Below, piece by piece: positions 42,872-56,559 of a stretch of DNA of 64,000 bases. A program made the position numbers and the translations under genes. The DNA is from the human T2T-CHM13v2.0 reference genome, Homo sapiens. Under the pieces are notes generated by a model. The model worked only from the letters and a program-made list of their open reading frames with translations. It was not told the origin of the DNA and ran no database searches. The stretch's first letter is position 1. The number at the start of each line of letters is the position of its first letter. The DNA lies in the NCBI RefSeq assembly GCF_009914755.1, contig NC_060929.1; one strand, given 5' to 3'.

Positions 42872-43894
42872 TTAACTGGATTAATTTCTAAATAATAATT
42901 TGGAAGGGGGGATAATTTTTATATCATTGATTTACTTGTTATTATTGACCAGATTTTTGGTAACCTTTAGTTTTGTGAACCCATCATAATATTATAAGGA
43001 AAATAGCCAAGAGGAGCAATGACTTTAGAGCAGATGACCCCTTGAGCTAAACCTTTCAAGGGAAATAAATCACAAAAAAAATTATAGCAACTTTAGCTTC
43101 AACTTGAGAATACATGCTCAAAATATTATGGCTGTGGTTATTACACAATGATATATTATGTGAGTGATTTCCTAGGGAACCTTCTCTTCATCTTGTTATT
43201 ATTTTTTGACCATACTGGTTTATTTATACAATTTTATACTAGATGCTTCTCTCATTTCCTTGATAACACAGCTGCACACACACACACACAAATGTCTGTC
43301 TATTGCTGAACAATGTTAAGTAATATAATTTGACACATGTACATTGCAAATCAATAAATGTGACATTTTCTTTTCCTGGTACATTCTGTATAACTTATAA
43401 CACAGCTTCGGGTATATGATATGCCAAGTCATATCTTCTGTATTATATCAACTGAATAAAGGAAAAGGCTGATATAATTTAATTTCTTAGGGTAGATTAC
43501 TTTTGTCTCCACTTAAAAACTGCCTCTCATGTTTTGAATTAAAAGTTGTTTGTCAAATTGGATATACCAAATCATTGCATTCCTAGCTGTCTATATTAAA
43601 GACATTTAAACATTGTATATATAATTACTACATATACATTAATAATATATAATGTATGTATACACATCATATATATAATTAATATGAGAGAAACCGTTGA
43701 TCATCTTTTTATAGTCCCTAGACTGTGACAAAAAATGTTAAATATATATTTTCTGAGTGTATATCTAATAGTCACATGAATGTGACATACTCCATAAGTC
43801 ATCAAATGATAGTATTGTTTTGTGATTTTTTACTGTATGTAAAGTTATCACTTCCAAAAAAATCTGCATAATATTATTGAATTCTAGTTGATCC

Positions 43895-44130
43895 AATGCA
43901 TGCAGAAATATTTGGAGGTAAATTGTACTAATTTAAGCAAACTTTTTAAAAATTCATCAAAGTAAACATGGATGTAAATATAGACAGAGAGTTGCATAGA
44001 CGGATATGTGATAAAGCAAATATAACCAAATAATAATGTAGAATTTATAAAATCAGTAAATGGGTGTTAATTGCACTATTATTTTGATATGTCTGTATAG
44101 TTGAAATTTACATAAAAATACTGGAAAAAC
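43895..44130 (+). mobile_element. Ancient L1M (L1ME-like) 3'UTR end
   Basis: GATATGTGATAAAGCAAATATA...ATGGGTGTTAATTGCACTATT...TTGAAATTTACATAAAAATA. Confidence 0.65.
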
Positions 44131-45867
44131 ATAGATATGTCCAAGTTGTGGCTTACTACTTGAGATATTCCTTCAAATTTCTCTAATCTCATAGATTATT
44201 TTACAGTTTCAGTATAAACAACTCAAATTTTATGAGAAATTACTTGTGACTTAAACAGTTTTTAAATTTAATAATTATGGCCTCAGAAATGAATGACACT
44301 GTACTTTAGATCAGGTGCTTTCAATATTACCCTGTCTCTAAACACTGGTTTCAAAGTACAAGCTATCGATAATTAAAGAACTCTAATAGGCAGGTCAGCT
44401 CATCTCATTAGCTGGGAATACAGTATGCATGCAACTCATCTTGACAGCCTTCAAGGAAGTCAGAGCTGGTAACAATCACTCTTGAACATTATATCCACTG
44501 CCTTGTGGAATGCTGGCATCTCAGTTGTGCACTGGTTATGGTTCTTAAGCAGATCTGTTGTCCCTCTCTGGCAACCCCTTGGCCTACCTTCAGTGGCAGT
44601 GCAGTGGTCTGCCACCTAAGTAAGAACATCTGTCAGATCCTTAAACTCTCATAGTGAATGTCAATCCAACCATTTATAGATTATGGGAATTTTCCATCAA
44701 TTAACATCAATAAAGCAAGTGCTACTCAACTTGTAAATATTTAATAAATGCCTTTTATGTCAAGCCTTGTGCGAGGCTCTGAACATAACAAAGATGAAAA
44801 AACTACCATGGGATATTGTTTTCATGAGAGACTTAACAAAAACTGTTGGCCACTTAGCTCCTATCTAAATTAATGTTTTTTTAAGAAAGTCACTCTAAGG
44901 CAAAGTCATCTACTCTATGGGACTCTCAGGTTTTAATTTAAATTATCAAGTGAGACCATCAGATAGCCATATATCTGCATCACATATGACATTTTAATAT
45001 TAAACTTTCAGATTCAAGGGAAATAAAAGAACAACAACAACAAAAATCACTTCTGTCTTGATACTAAATCTGATTTAAAAGGCATGGTATATACATGTTC
45101 CCTGTAAGGTCAATAATCAATTAATTTTATAATTAAACACTAAAAAAATTGACTTCAGATAAAATTTGATACACCACTTCTATAAGACAATGAAAAATAT
45201 GTAATCTCTTTTTACCCAGATTTCCAAGAAGTTCATAGTGAAATTAAATGTTTAATAGCTGTAACTATATTGTTTTTCTACTTCTGTTTTACTAGGCATA
45301 ATATATGAGAGTTTAAAAGATGTCAAATCACTTTTAGGAAGAGGAAGATCATACAGATACCTACAATATTAGTCATGTGCATCAAATGCAGATGTGTCGC
45401 CCAATGTAGTTTAAATGATTTTAAATGAAGTTGTTGAGCTGTATTGTAATTTATTGCATTAAGAATGTTACCCTATACTTTCTGACTACAGTGTTACTTT
45501 CTCATGATCTAAAAGCCAAGACAAAATATGCACTGAAAATCTATTAAAGTTTTAAAATAAATCATTAAAATCATTTTAACAGGCAGAAAATTATATCTGT
45601 GTAAGAATTCTGAAGTCAACATAGGGTCACTTCATATTTATCAGTGAATGATGAGATGGCATTTATTTTCCCCTCACTGTGTATCTTGTAGAAAGTTGGA
45701 AAATTAGCTGCACTTCTTCTGATAACAGGTCCAGGAAATGAGATTTGAAAAGAACTAGAAGCATTTTCTGTGACAAACAGAGAGCTTCCTAATTCATTTT
45801 AGCAGCATCCTTGTTATTCATCTTCAGGCTATTATATAGTCTCTTGTGAGCCAGGGATAGGGCTATG

Positions 45868-45957
45868 GAAGAGAGGGAACAGGAGAGACAGAAAGAGAGA
45901 AAGAGAAGAGAGAAAGGAGGAAAAGAAGAGGAGGAGGAAAGGGAAAAGGAGAAAGAA
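45868..45957. repeat. GA-rich low-complexity tract
   Basis: Near-pure purine run. Confidence 0.85.
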
Positions 45958-46474
45958 TTTTAAAGCGTTTATACTTTCATACCTTTTATTCAAATCTATG
46001 CATCTCATATACCAAAAAAATGCTGGGATTGCTAAGAAAATAATGTGAAGTGCAACACTCCAGGTCCCTCAGAAAATTTAGTCTTCCTTAAAATTATTAT
46101 TATTATTGACTAAATATCAATTACATATAATAATTTCTGAAAACAGTACTTATTGATTGAGAACTGTAGGGCAGTCTCTCCCTCAGGTAGGTTTTGTACA
46201 GCTTATAGAATATGTTTCATTATGGTATTGAAATATTTTCATTCTCCCCAAAGGTCTTTTGTTAAATATTTAATCACTGAGGCAGTCCTAAATAGTCTTG
46301 TATCTCAGGGAGTGAAAGCCAATATAATGCTCCATTAAGTTTATACAAGTAATTGATCTATATTATCAGTCAATTATAAATGACTTACTTTCATCCATGC
46401 GTATTACTCTGGAAAATGTGAGATAGAGTTCACCTGTTTTATTCCATATTTCATAAATTTCCAAAACATAATAC

Positions 46475-46975
46475 TTTTTTTTTCCTTTTTAAACATTTTT
46501 ATTTCAATAGTTTTTGGGGAACAGGTGGTGTTTTGTTACATGGCTAAGTTCCTTACTGGTAATTTCTGAGATTTTGGTGCACCTGTCACTTGAGCAGTGT
46601 ACACTGTACCCAATATATAGTCAGTTATCCCTCACCTCCCTCCCACTCTTCTCCCGATCCCAAAGTCCATCATATCATTCTTATACCTTTGTGTCCTCAT
46701 AGCTTAGTTCCCACTTATAAGTGAGAAAATACAATATTTGGTTCTCTATTCCTGAGTTACTTCACTTAGAATAATGATCTCCAACTCCATCCAGGTTGCT
46801 GCGAATGCCATTATTTTGTCCCTTTTTGTGGCTGAATAGCATTCTATGGTGTATATATGCCAATTTTTTTTGCCCACTAGGTGATTGGTGGGCATTTAGG
46901 CTGGTTCCATATTTTTGCAATTGCAAATTGTGCTGCTCTAAACATAGGTTTGCAAGCATCTTTTGCATATAATGG
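46475..46975 (-). mobile_element. L1PB (PB1/2-like) 3' fragment
   Basis: TTTTGGGGAACAGGTGGTGTTTTGTTACATG...GAGATTTTGGTGCACC...TTGCAATTGCAAATTGTGCTGC. Confidence 0.9.
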
Positions 46976-47225
46976 ATGTCTTTTGTTTTTATACATTTAT
47001 TCTTTTTAACAAAAGGCTGTGGTTTTCTCTTCACACTTCTCTTCATAGCATAAGATATCATCAGTGAATCTTTCTGCATTGGAGGAAATTCAATGGTTTG
47101 TGAACAAAAGTCTTTGGCCTGTCTTCATCTGGGCAGGAGCATGACGATATGCAAATATCCATTTGAACAGATCTGTGATGCAAAAGAGGGGTAGTGCTAA
47201 GTCTTGTACTAAACGGAGCATGACT

Positions 47226-47615
47226 TGATATAGTTAGGTTTTCTCTCCCCACCTGAATCTCATCTTGAATTGTAATCTACATAATCCTCATCATGTCCAT
47301 GTGTGAAGGGAGAGACCAGGTGCAGGTAATTGAATCATTGGGATGGTTTCCCCCATGCTGTTCTCGTGATAGTGAGTGAGTTCTAACGAGATCTGAGGTT
47401 TTATAAGTGGTTCTTTCCCCCTCGCTCAGCAAGTCTCCTTCCTGCCATCTTGAGAAGAAGGTGTCTTGCTTCTCCTTTATCTCCTGCCGTAATTGTAAGT
47501 TTCCTGAGGCCTCCCCAGCCATGCTGAAATGTGAGTCAATTAAACCTCTTTCCTTTATAAATTACCCAGTCTTGGGTATTTCCTTATAGTAATGTGAGGA
47601 CGGACCGATAGTACA
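47226..47615 (+). mobile_element. THE1 (C/D-like) MaLR solo LTR
   Basis: TGATAT...ACA termini. Contains CCCCCATGCTGTTCTCGTGATAGTGAGTGAG and GTGAGTCAATTAAACCTCTTTCCTTTATAAATTACCCAGTC. Confidence 0.93.
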
Positions 47616-48350
47616 ACTCATACAAGTAATCTCAGAAGGGATGAGACCTGAGAAGTGTCAGTGGGGCAGAATATCTGCTTTGTAATCTGAACATTGTAGG
47701 GAGGGATGTGATCAAGTGAATTTGTTAAGTGGCAGCATGATGCCCCATTTCTCTATGTCTCCACTATTCATGGCTTGTACCATCTCTGTCAATTGTGTAT
47801 AGACACTGAAACATTGCATACTACTCTGTAAGCTAAGTTCCCTACCCTGGGTACTTCCAAGCCTATGAACTCATTTGCTAACCAAGAACAAGAGTCGCCC
47901 ACCTCGAAGTGGTTTTAGAGATGAAATTTATATCATACTGAAGAGGAGTCAGGTGGTTTTAGAATCACTGTTTGGACCTTGAAATAGAAATGCTTATTCA
48001 TAATTAAGAGCTTTAAAAGAAGCAGCAGCAGCAGCTGAAGACTTTTAAATCTTCTTTCCCAGTCATTCACTATGAAATCTAACTCCATTCCTGGAGCGCA
48101 AATTGATGGCATTTAGGACTTTAGTGTTTTCCAGGTATCAATAAATCCCTGCTAGTGTCTCTTAGTTTTTCTAATAGCCAGGAGGACCAGTAATAAAGTA
48201 CAATAAAAGGTTTTAGTAAAAGAAGTAACATTTCCTCATATCATTAAGATACGTTTTAGGCATTCTTTTAAAATCTATTATTTGAGTAGCCCATATTTTT
48301 TACAATTAATTTTTAACCATTTTATTATGAAACGCTACACTACAAATTAA

Positions 48351-48500
48351 TAACTCGTCATAATGCTAAATGATGAGTTAATGAGTGCAGCACACCAGCA
48401 TGGCACATGTATACATATGTAACTAACCTGCACATTGTGCACATGTACCCTAAACCTTAAAGTATAATAATAATTAAAAAAAAACAAGAAAAAGAAAAAA
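48351..48500 (+). mobile_element. Very short L1PA3-like 3' stub with an 11-nt fold-back at its 5' junction
   Basis: TAATGCTAAATGATGAGTTAATG...TTAAAGTATAATAATAA plus A tail, preceded by TAACTCGTCAT. Confidence 0.9.
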
Positions 48501-48504
48501 ATAA

Positions 48505-48830
48505 ATAATTTTTAGTGTGCTATAATCATACGAAGGGATATTATATATCAATGACAATAAACAGTTACATGCAACATTATGGACAATTTCACAAAGATAA
48601 CATGTAGCAAACTAAGCTAGACTTAAAAGAATACATGCTGTATGGTTCCATTTAAATTAAGCCCTAAAAATAATAAAGCTGAACTTTAGTTTTTAGCAAC
48701 ATGATTAGGTGATGAAATTATAAACAAAAGGAAGCAATTATTAGTGAGGTGGGACATGTACTAATGATTGATTAGAGGTTTGAGGGGTATTCTGCTATCT
48801 TACCAGTGTCTGATTACATGATACTGTTGG
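48505..48830 (+). mobile_element. Ancient L1ME 3' region
   Basis: TACATGCAACATTATGGACAATTTCACAAA...AAAAGAATACATGCTGTATGGTTCCATTTA. Confidence 0.65.
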
Positions 48831-49233
48831 TGATAAAAGGTGACGGATTTGTCACAAACAAGGAGCTATTCATTTTGTTTAACATAATACTTAATCTCAC
48901 AATCACTAGCTCTGTGTTCACAAGTGCCATATTATTTGTATCAAGGCATTATTAGTGAATAACCTTTGGTTCTAATATTGTAGCAGTTTACACTTTTTCT
49001 CCATTCAGTCCATCTCTGTTCACTCATGCTTTCCTTAAGTGGACATTTTTAATATTGGAAGATCCACCATTCCTTTCAAATTATTATTTTTAGTGTGTTC
49101 AGGAAATCAATATCAAGTGATAATTACTGCCAAATAGTTCTCTCGTAAATATTTAAATTATTTGATGACTGCCCAGGTAGAGAATAGGGTATTTTATTGT
49201 TGTTAAAAGTGAGACACACAGGAGAATATGTTT

Positions 49234-49510
<277 letters not shown>

Positions 49511-49589
49511 TTAATGCCAAGCTATTCTTTCAGGAATTTCATTTGACATGTTGTTGATAAATCAGTGGTTCTGTTCCTATGAACAATAG

Positions 49590-49830
49590 CAAACACACCT
49601 AATCACTATGTGCTAGTCACTATATGTATGCATATATATATACACACACTAGTTACTATATGTATACATATATATATATATACAAACATATATACACATA
49701 CAATATATTAACTCAGTTTAGCAAATAATTTATTAGGTGAGTACTATTGTTATCTCCATTTTACAATGGAGGAAAGTGAGGCACAGAGCAATTAAATAAC
49801 TTAATAATTTAGTGGTAACACATGAACACA
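49590..49830 (-). mobile_element. MIR with internal (TA/CA)n expansion
   Basis: TATCTCCATTTTACAATGGAGGAAAGTGAGGCACAGAGCAATTAAATAACTT. Confidence 0.75.
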
Positions 49831-50074
49831 GAATCATGGTCTAAATTCTCTTGAAGGACAATTGAGTTTAAGATGCCCACCATTTTAAAATCAAAATACT
49901 GAAAAACAAACTGTACTTCTGTTTTTAGAAAATGTTTGAATATCTAATGCTTCCTATTTCACAATTTAGCTCATTTATTCTTGTCTACTCCTGAAGCTAT
50001 TGCAAAGTTAATTTCTAGCTTTTACATTTTATTCCTAAATAATCTAGCTGTTGTGGTTTTAACAAATACAAAGA

Positions 50075-50333
50075 TTTTTTAAAGTAAAATATATTGAGTA
50101 CATTTAAGGTATACAACATAATGTGATAAGATACATGTATATATAGCAAAATGATAATTATCATGGAACAAATGAACATATCCATCATCTCACATACTTA
50201 CCCATCTCCATCCCCCATTGCAAGAGCAGCTATAATCTACTCATTTGCCAACTCTCCTGAATACAAGACATTTTTATTAACTATAGTCCTTATGTTGTAT
50301 GAAGGATGAACGAGTCGAAAGATCTAATGTACA
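50075..50333 (-). mobile_element. L1MA8/9-like 3' stub with ~33-nt 5' inversion
   Basis: Antisense 3'UTR runs to ...AACTATAGTCCTTATGTTGTA, then sense AGGATGAACGAGTCGAAAGATCTAATGTACA. Confidence 0.85.
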
Positions 50334-51219
50334 GACACTTGAAGAAATCCTATGTTCTAATGAATTCAATTAATTAAATTTGTACGATATATAAGACATG
50401 ACATTTTCATGAATCAAAACAAACAACATGGTCTCTGCCTTCAATGAGCTAATATTCCAGAAGGGAGAAAATTGTAAGAAGCAGGAACCTTGGGAGATAA
50501 ATTATTATTGTGAAGTCAGATCATAGAAGTAGTTGCTCACAACAATGAATTCAAGTCAGAAAATAAGCAATGAAAGGGGTACAATCTCATGTAATATACA
50601 TTGTGAATTTTTAACTAAAGAAAGAAAACAAACCTTTCTGTGCTCCACAATGTGGTTCCTTATGCACTACCATCATCATAAATGGCACTGAGAAGAGAGT
50701 CAAGGTAACCGCTGAGAATTTTCAGTAAGACTTACCAATGAAGAAGGAAGCAGAAAGACTAGGTATGAAGGCAGCATGAGAAGCCCATTTACTGAGGCAC
50801 GATTTCAGAGGAGGTTCGTCAGAGGCTATTTTACAAGGTTCTTCATTACATTGGGTGAAGAGCTAAGGGTTAGACAAAGGGGATACTCCCCTACCTGAAT
50901 GGAGTTGACCCTGGCAGTAAAGTCTGAGGTTGGAAAGCATGGTTTAGGACTCCAGCAAAGGCTGCCTAGGGCACCAGTCAAGCTCTCCTTCTTGAATCCG
51001 TCTTTTATCTTCAGACTACAGAAAAGCAGATAGAATAAATGAAGGTTTGTGGTAGAAGACAAACATGTATCAAAAAGCACTAAAGGGGCCAGGGAGTGTG
51101 CAAATGCACTAAATCAATTAGAAGTTCCATTCATAGAACCACAAAGAGACAAAAAGACATGATATGGCAGCTATGCCAAACACATAAGTAATAAGAATAA
51201 TAGAAAAGAATATTATACA

Positions 51220-52000
51220 AACAGAAAACAAGGAATAATCAATTTGGAAGAAATTTAAGGCAAGGAACAAAAGAAAAAATCTCTATAGTATTTCTGTGTA
51301 ATTTATCCTGTGGAATATTTTAATAAGATTATGAATTAAACAGGTCAATAAATGAAGAACAAGATAATAAAACAACAGACCGATGTGGTTGGAAACTAAA
51401 ACTGAAAATAGTTTCATTGTAAGACTAAGGGGAAGAAAAGGAAATCATATATGAAAATTATATGAAGGGCTTGAGTTAATCACCTTATAAGCAGAGAACA
51501 AATTCAGAGATTTTTAGTAATCATGAGAAGGTGATAGATATGGAAACAGTCAACGATGACCCTGAGTAAAGATAATTGGTGACCCCTAAGGAAAAAAAAT
51601 TCATTATAATGAAATGGCAGACAATTTTCCTGGAATAAAGGAAGGACTTAATATCCATTTCAAAGGAGTGCATTCAGTTACAAGAATGATACTACAATGG
51701 ACACTGAGACATAGCCTGGTTAAGTTACTGAATTTCAAAGGTGTAAAAAACATTCCTTAGATATGCAAGCAGACAAAAAGCAAGTCACTTTTGTGGGTGA
51801 AAATTTCAAGCTGACCTCTACAACAATATTGAATTTCAGAAAACAGTAAAGCAATTTGTGTAAAGTGGTTGAGGAAAAGGTAAACCTAGAATGTGATGTT
51901 CAGCCAAGTTTTTGCTCAACTACATTACAACCACAAACAGACATTCTCATACATAAACTCAGCTGATCAATTTCCTCTTCTTAGTTGTTTTGCTAATGGG
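51220..52000 (+). mobile_element. HAL1/L1-ORF1-like ancient element
   Basis: ORF1-like degenerate motifs AATTTTCCTGGAATAAAGGAAG, ACACTGAGACATAGCCTGGTTAAGTTACTGAATTTCAAAG, CAAGTCAC and AACCTAGAAT...CAGCCAAG. Confidence 0.6.
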
Positions 52001-52114
52001 CTCCAATCTCTCACGGAGGTCACTTGTATGTGGGAAGATGCTGCTGTCATTCCCAAATACATAGCAACAGTAGATATAGGATTAGAAACAAGAAATGTTC
52101 AGAAAATTATACCA

Positions 52115-52306
52115 CAATGGTTTTTAAAGTGTGGTCCTCTGACCAGAAGAATTAGTATCACCTGGAAACTTGTTACAAAAGTAAAATCTTAGACACCACC
52201 ATCAAGACGTACTGAATCAGAAACTCAGGGGACGGGGTCCAGATATCTTTATTTTAGTAAGTGTTCCAGGTAATTCTCATGTACACTAAAGTTTAAGAAC
52301 ATTAGT
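52115..52306. mobile_element. MER5A hAT-Charlie DNA transposon
   Basis: CAATGGTTTTTAAAGTGTGGTCC...ATCACCTGGAAACTTGTTA...ACTGAATCAGAAACTC...CACTAAAGTTTAAGAAC. Confidence 0.85.
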
Positions 52307-54644
52307 GCTAGTGTATTCCTTTTACAGGTAGATGTTAACACTCAAGGATCAACATCCAAGAAGCGTCTAGACTGCCCAGGATTAGGATTTCAACAGCAGT
52401 CCTGAGTCTAGAGGGCCAAATACAACACACACAAACTCTGGGGCCAAGGCTATGTGCTGAGCTGTGTGCTGAGTTATTCCTGCAAGTATTGATCGACTTC
52501 CCCTCCTGCCTGTGAATGATTACATGTATTGAATGGAATTGGCCATTTAAAAAACAGCTTGCCATGACCAATTAAGTCCAAAGTCTTTATGAAAAACAAC
52601 TGAGGAAACAGATGGCATATAAATTTGGAAATAGGTAACATGAGGGTGTAGAAAGAATGACAGAAAATGGCAAACAAGCACAGAATCACATGGGGATTAT
52701 TATGGCTGTTGGGGCGATTGAAATCAGCCTTGAAATGAGCCAACATTCTGAAAGGAGCCCTTGTTACAGGTGTGATGTAGGCCAGCTGGTCTCCAAAGTC
52801 AGGGGTGCTTTCATCTGGGAAATACAAAAGTCAAATACTGCAGGTATGGAAAGAAAATATCGGGACTTTATATCCTTTAAAAATGCATTATTTGAGTGCA
52901 TGATTTATAAACTACAAATTAGTACATTATAGAATAGATAAATATGCATTGAAAGAAATCCTTAGGGGCTACAAATGCGTGAATTGAAGACATTTCTTGG
53001 TGATGAAATCTAGTCAGCAGCGAAATGTATAAAAATATGAGACTATTAAAACCATTTAAATGAAAAGCCAAGGCCAAGTAATTGGGAGCATTATGGTTGC
53101 AGAACAGAAAGTGTTGTTTACCTTGAGAAAGAAAATATTTATCATACAACCCACATGGATTGGAATGTGGGAAGAATAATGATGGCTGTATTGCACAACT
53201 CCAGAGGGAGACATTCCTATAACATAAAATGTGAATTGTACATCCTAGAGTTACACAACGCAAGAACTTGAGGCAAAAAGGATGTGAGGAGAAGTATGGG
53301 AGAAATAAGTCCCTTATCATGTTTCATATCAAGTAGTCAACAAGTATTGTTTAAAAGTGAAACATACAATTGAAAGGAAATGATGGCTCTACACTTAATG
53401 ATCTTTGTGTTCTTTCAGAAACTTAATATTTATATACTGATATATCGTGTATATGAATAATTGAAGTTTAAACTCCTCGTTGTCATTCAGCTGCTTCTAT
53501 TAAATTCAAGTAAAAAGAAATTATATTATAGTTAAGAATAGCAAGAATTGTGAAATCTCACTTTTAGATACTTAGGTATCTGTGAGTAACTTTTTGTGGT
53601 CTTTCTTATTTTGCTGGAATTTTTAATAATATTTACCAAAAAAATCATTTTTTTTAATAAAAATCCCCCAAACAATGTCCTTTTTAGCACTGTGACCTCT
53701 CCTTCTCATGGCCTCTAGTACTCACTTTTACACTGAAGGCAATTTAGATTTATTTTGCCAGTCAGTAACTATTATAAAGCCATGAAGTTAATCTCACACT
53801 CAGCTATAAACACTAAGTCTTATTTCCAACACTTTTTCTCCATCTTAAGTTTACAGAACTTCGTATAACAAAAGCAAAATGAGCATTTAAAACGTCGTTG
53901 CATCCCTCTAATATTGAAAAAAACAGTTTTATACTCCCCAAATTAAAATTTTTCTGTCAGACCAAGGAAACAATACACACACAGGCATGCACACACACAC
54001 ACATATACATTTTTGACCCAGTGTTTTTGAAAAGAAAATTATAATTGAACTATATGAATAAATGGGGTTTGAATATTTATCAGGGAAAAATGTGAAACAG
54101 TAATATACCTTGTTTTAATTCTCAGTTTTTAGTATGTGCCGCACCTCCTTGAGGAAAAAGACTCCATCTCTCTGTTTTACATGAAATGTAAACAAGCTTG
54201 ATTAGAGGCCCATGCACTGGCTTGATGATGAAAGTACCATATTGGAATGGCTTTCTAGAATATCAAAAAGTAATCTCAGAGCATCAGAATAGAATATTGG
54301 GATCTTTGGCCATGCAGCCTAAGGTCCTTACCCATCACTTACATTGGAATTTTGTAGATAAGTATATTGTTCCAATTCAGAAATAAATAAATATTTACTC
54401 TAGAAATCTTGGCGGGGGAGGGGGAGTCAGAGAAAGCAGCCCACTGAAGGAAGAGAAAAAAATCAATCAATACATTTATTTTATTATTTGCACTTATTTT
54501 ATTATTTGCATTAAGGGAATTATGTGTCAATTATAAGTGTGACTCAAAAGTGAAGCCTCGGGATTTACATGCAGTGAACTCTCATATGCAACCAAACCTT
54601 TTGCTCACTTAATTGGTTTTAATGTTTCAACAACTATTTATATC

Positions 54645-54765
54645 ATATCTCTTTTTTCAAGATGAGTAAATTGAAGCCTGACCTTCAGAGAGATAACAAA
54701 ACTTGTCTAGGAACCCAGGGCAGATAGGAGTAGAGGTGGGATTCAAAAATTGGCATGGCATTTTT
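54645..54765 (-). mobile_element. MIR fragment
   Basis: AGATGAGTAAATTGAAGCC...AACTTGTCTAGG...AGAGGTGGGATTCAAA. Confidence 0.55.
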
Positions 54766-54789
54766 TAAAGCCCAACCTTAAACTTCTAT

Positions 54790-54966
54790 CTAGTGGTCCC
54801 CAACCCCAGCTGCACAATGCAATCTCAGGAGAAACTTTTAACAAATCTTGACGTTTATACCAAACTTACAGAGATTCTGATCTGATTGGTCTGGAATGTG
54901 GCTCAGATATTGGCAACTTTTAGAAAGTCTTCCAGGATATCTACTATATAGATGGTTGAGAAGCAG
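54790..54966. mobile_element. MER5B-like DNA transposon
   Basis: AGTGGTCCCCAACCCCAGCTGCACA...CAGAGATTCTGATCTGATTGGTCTGG...GGTTGAGAA. Confidence 0.75.
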
Positions 54967-55639
54967 GTCCAATGCCAAGCTATCGCACTCTTTGATGAAA
55001 AGTCTTGTAGCTCACCACAGACCCCATTCCTTTACCTTGGATCTAGATGATAAATAGTTTGCCCTGGGTTAGTTTGTCTGTTACAATGAAGACACTGGAC
55101 ATTCCCATTCCTCATGTCAAACATATTTATTACCCTAATAAATTTTAGTACAAGAAATGGTATCATAAGCAAACTTATCAAATTCTAGCTAATGTAAGTT
55201 CTGACAGTATTTGCTATAAAGACGGGTCCAGCATCAAAGTAAATCTTTGACTGCTGCCTTATTCCAGGTATTTTCAAGGTAGAGAGAGGGGGTGCTGAAA
55301 CAATTCTTGTTAGCTTTGCATTTTATTGAGATTTTTATGAAGTTCTAGGTGTAAGCATTTACTCACATCAATAAAGACAATATTAATACAGCTGCAAACT
55401 TTTTCACTCAAATAAGAATCAGAGGGAATAAAATAAAGAACATCATTTGCTGGAAACTGAAACTGTTTTGTAGGTTAATTTTTGCCAGAGAAGCCAAACC
55501 TGTGGGTAATCAGCTATACCCTCACCAATAGGTGTCACTGCAGTAAAGAATTACTAGGTGAGGTCCTCATGTTGAGGCAGTGAAATCAGATCTAGGTGCT
55601 AAAAGTAACTAAAAATTTTTTCTCTTTCTGTGTCTCTCC

Positions 55640-56190
55640 CCACACACACGCATATACATATACACATATATATATACACTATATAAGTATATAGTATATA
55701 TACTATGTTTATATACTATATATGTATATATACAATATGTTTATATACTATATATGTATATATACACTTACATATATACACTTACAGTGTATATATACAC
55801 TTTTTGTATATATATGTGTACATATATATACACTTTTTGTATATATATGTATATATGTGTACATATATACACTTTTTGTATATACACTATATGTATATAG
55901 TGTATATATACATATAGTATATACAAATATATACTATATACACTATATAGTATATACAACTATATACTATATACACTATATAGTATATACAACTATATAC
56001 TATATACACTAGTATATACAAATATATACTATATACACTAGTATATACAAATATATACTATATACACTAGTATATACAAATATATACTATATACACTAGT
56101 ATATACAAATATATACTATATACGATATTATATATGTAGAGTATATATATGTATATATATACACATATATATAGAGAGAGAGATACACAC
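55640..56190. repeat. TA-rich compound micro/minisatellite including a 29-bp unit array (~55980-56123)
   Basis: Unit CTAGTATATACAAATATATACTATATACA is repeated 4-5 times, flanked by related degenerate units. Confidence 0.95.
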
Positions 56191-56559
56191 AAATTGTACA
56201 AATTATCTTTTGTTACTTTTCTCCCACTTCCCTCTCTTTCCCCTTGAGTTATTTCTAAAGAGGATATCCTTAGTGTAAAAGAACGGTGGTGAACAAAGGG
56301 AATTGGAGGTATAAATAACATACAGGCACCGTTGGACCCGTGCTCTTGGTTTTCATCTGCCATACTGATGATTATTAGTGCTGTTCAATTCTTTTTCATT
56401 CTTCAATAATTGTATTTTATTTTGTATGTACTTACTCTGTACTACATGATTTTTTGAAACATATAGACATTGTGGAATGACTAAATCTGACCACTTCACA
56501 TGTGCATTCTCTCACACAGTTATTGTAATGATAACACTTTAAATGCATTCTTAATATTT

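Noticed and set aside
50736-51015. Minus-strand exon-like bracket overlapping ORF 50826-51080
   Set aside because: The peptide is unrecognised and the region abuts a HAL1-like relic; splice signals alone are insufficient.
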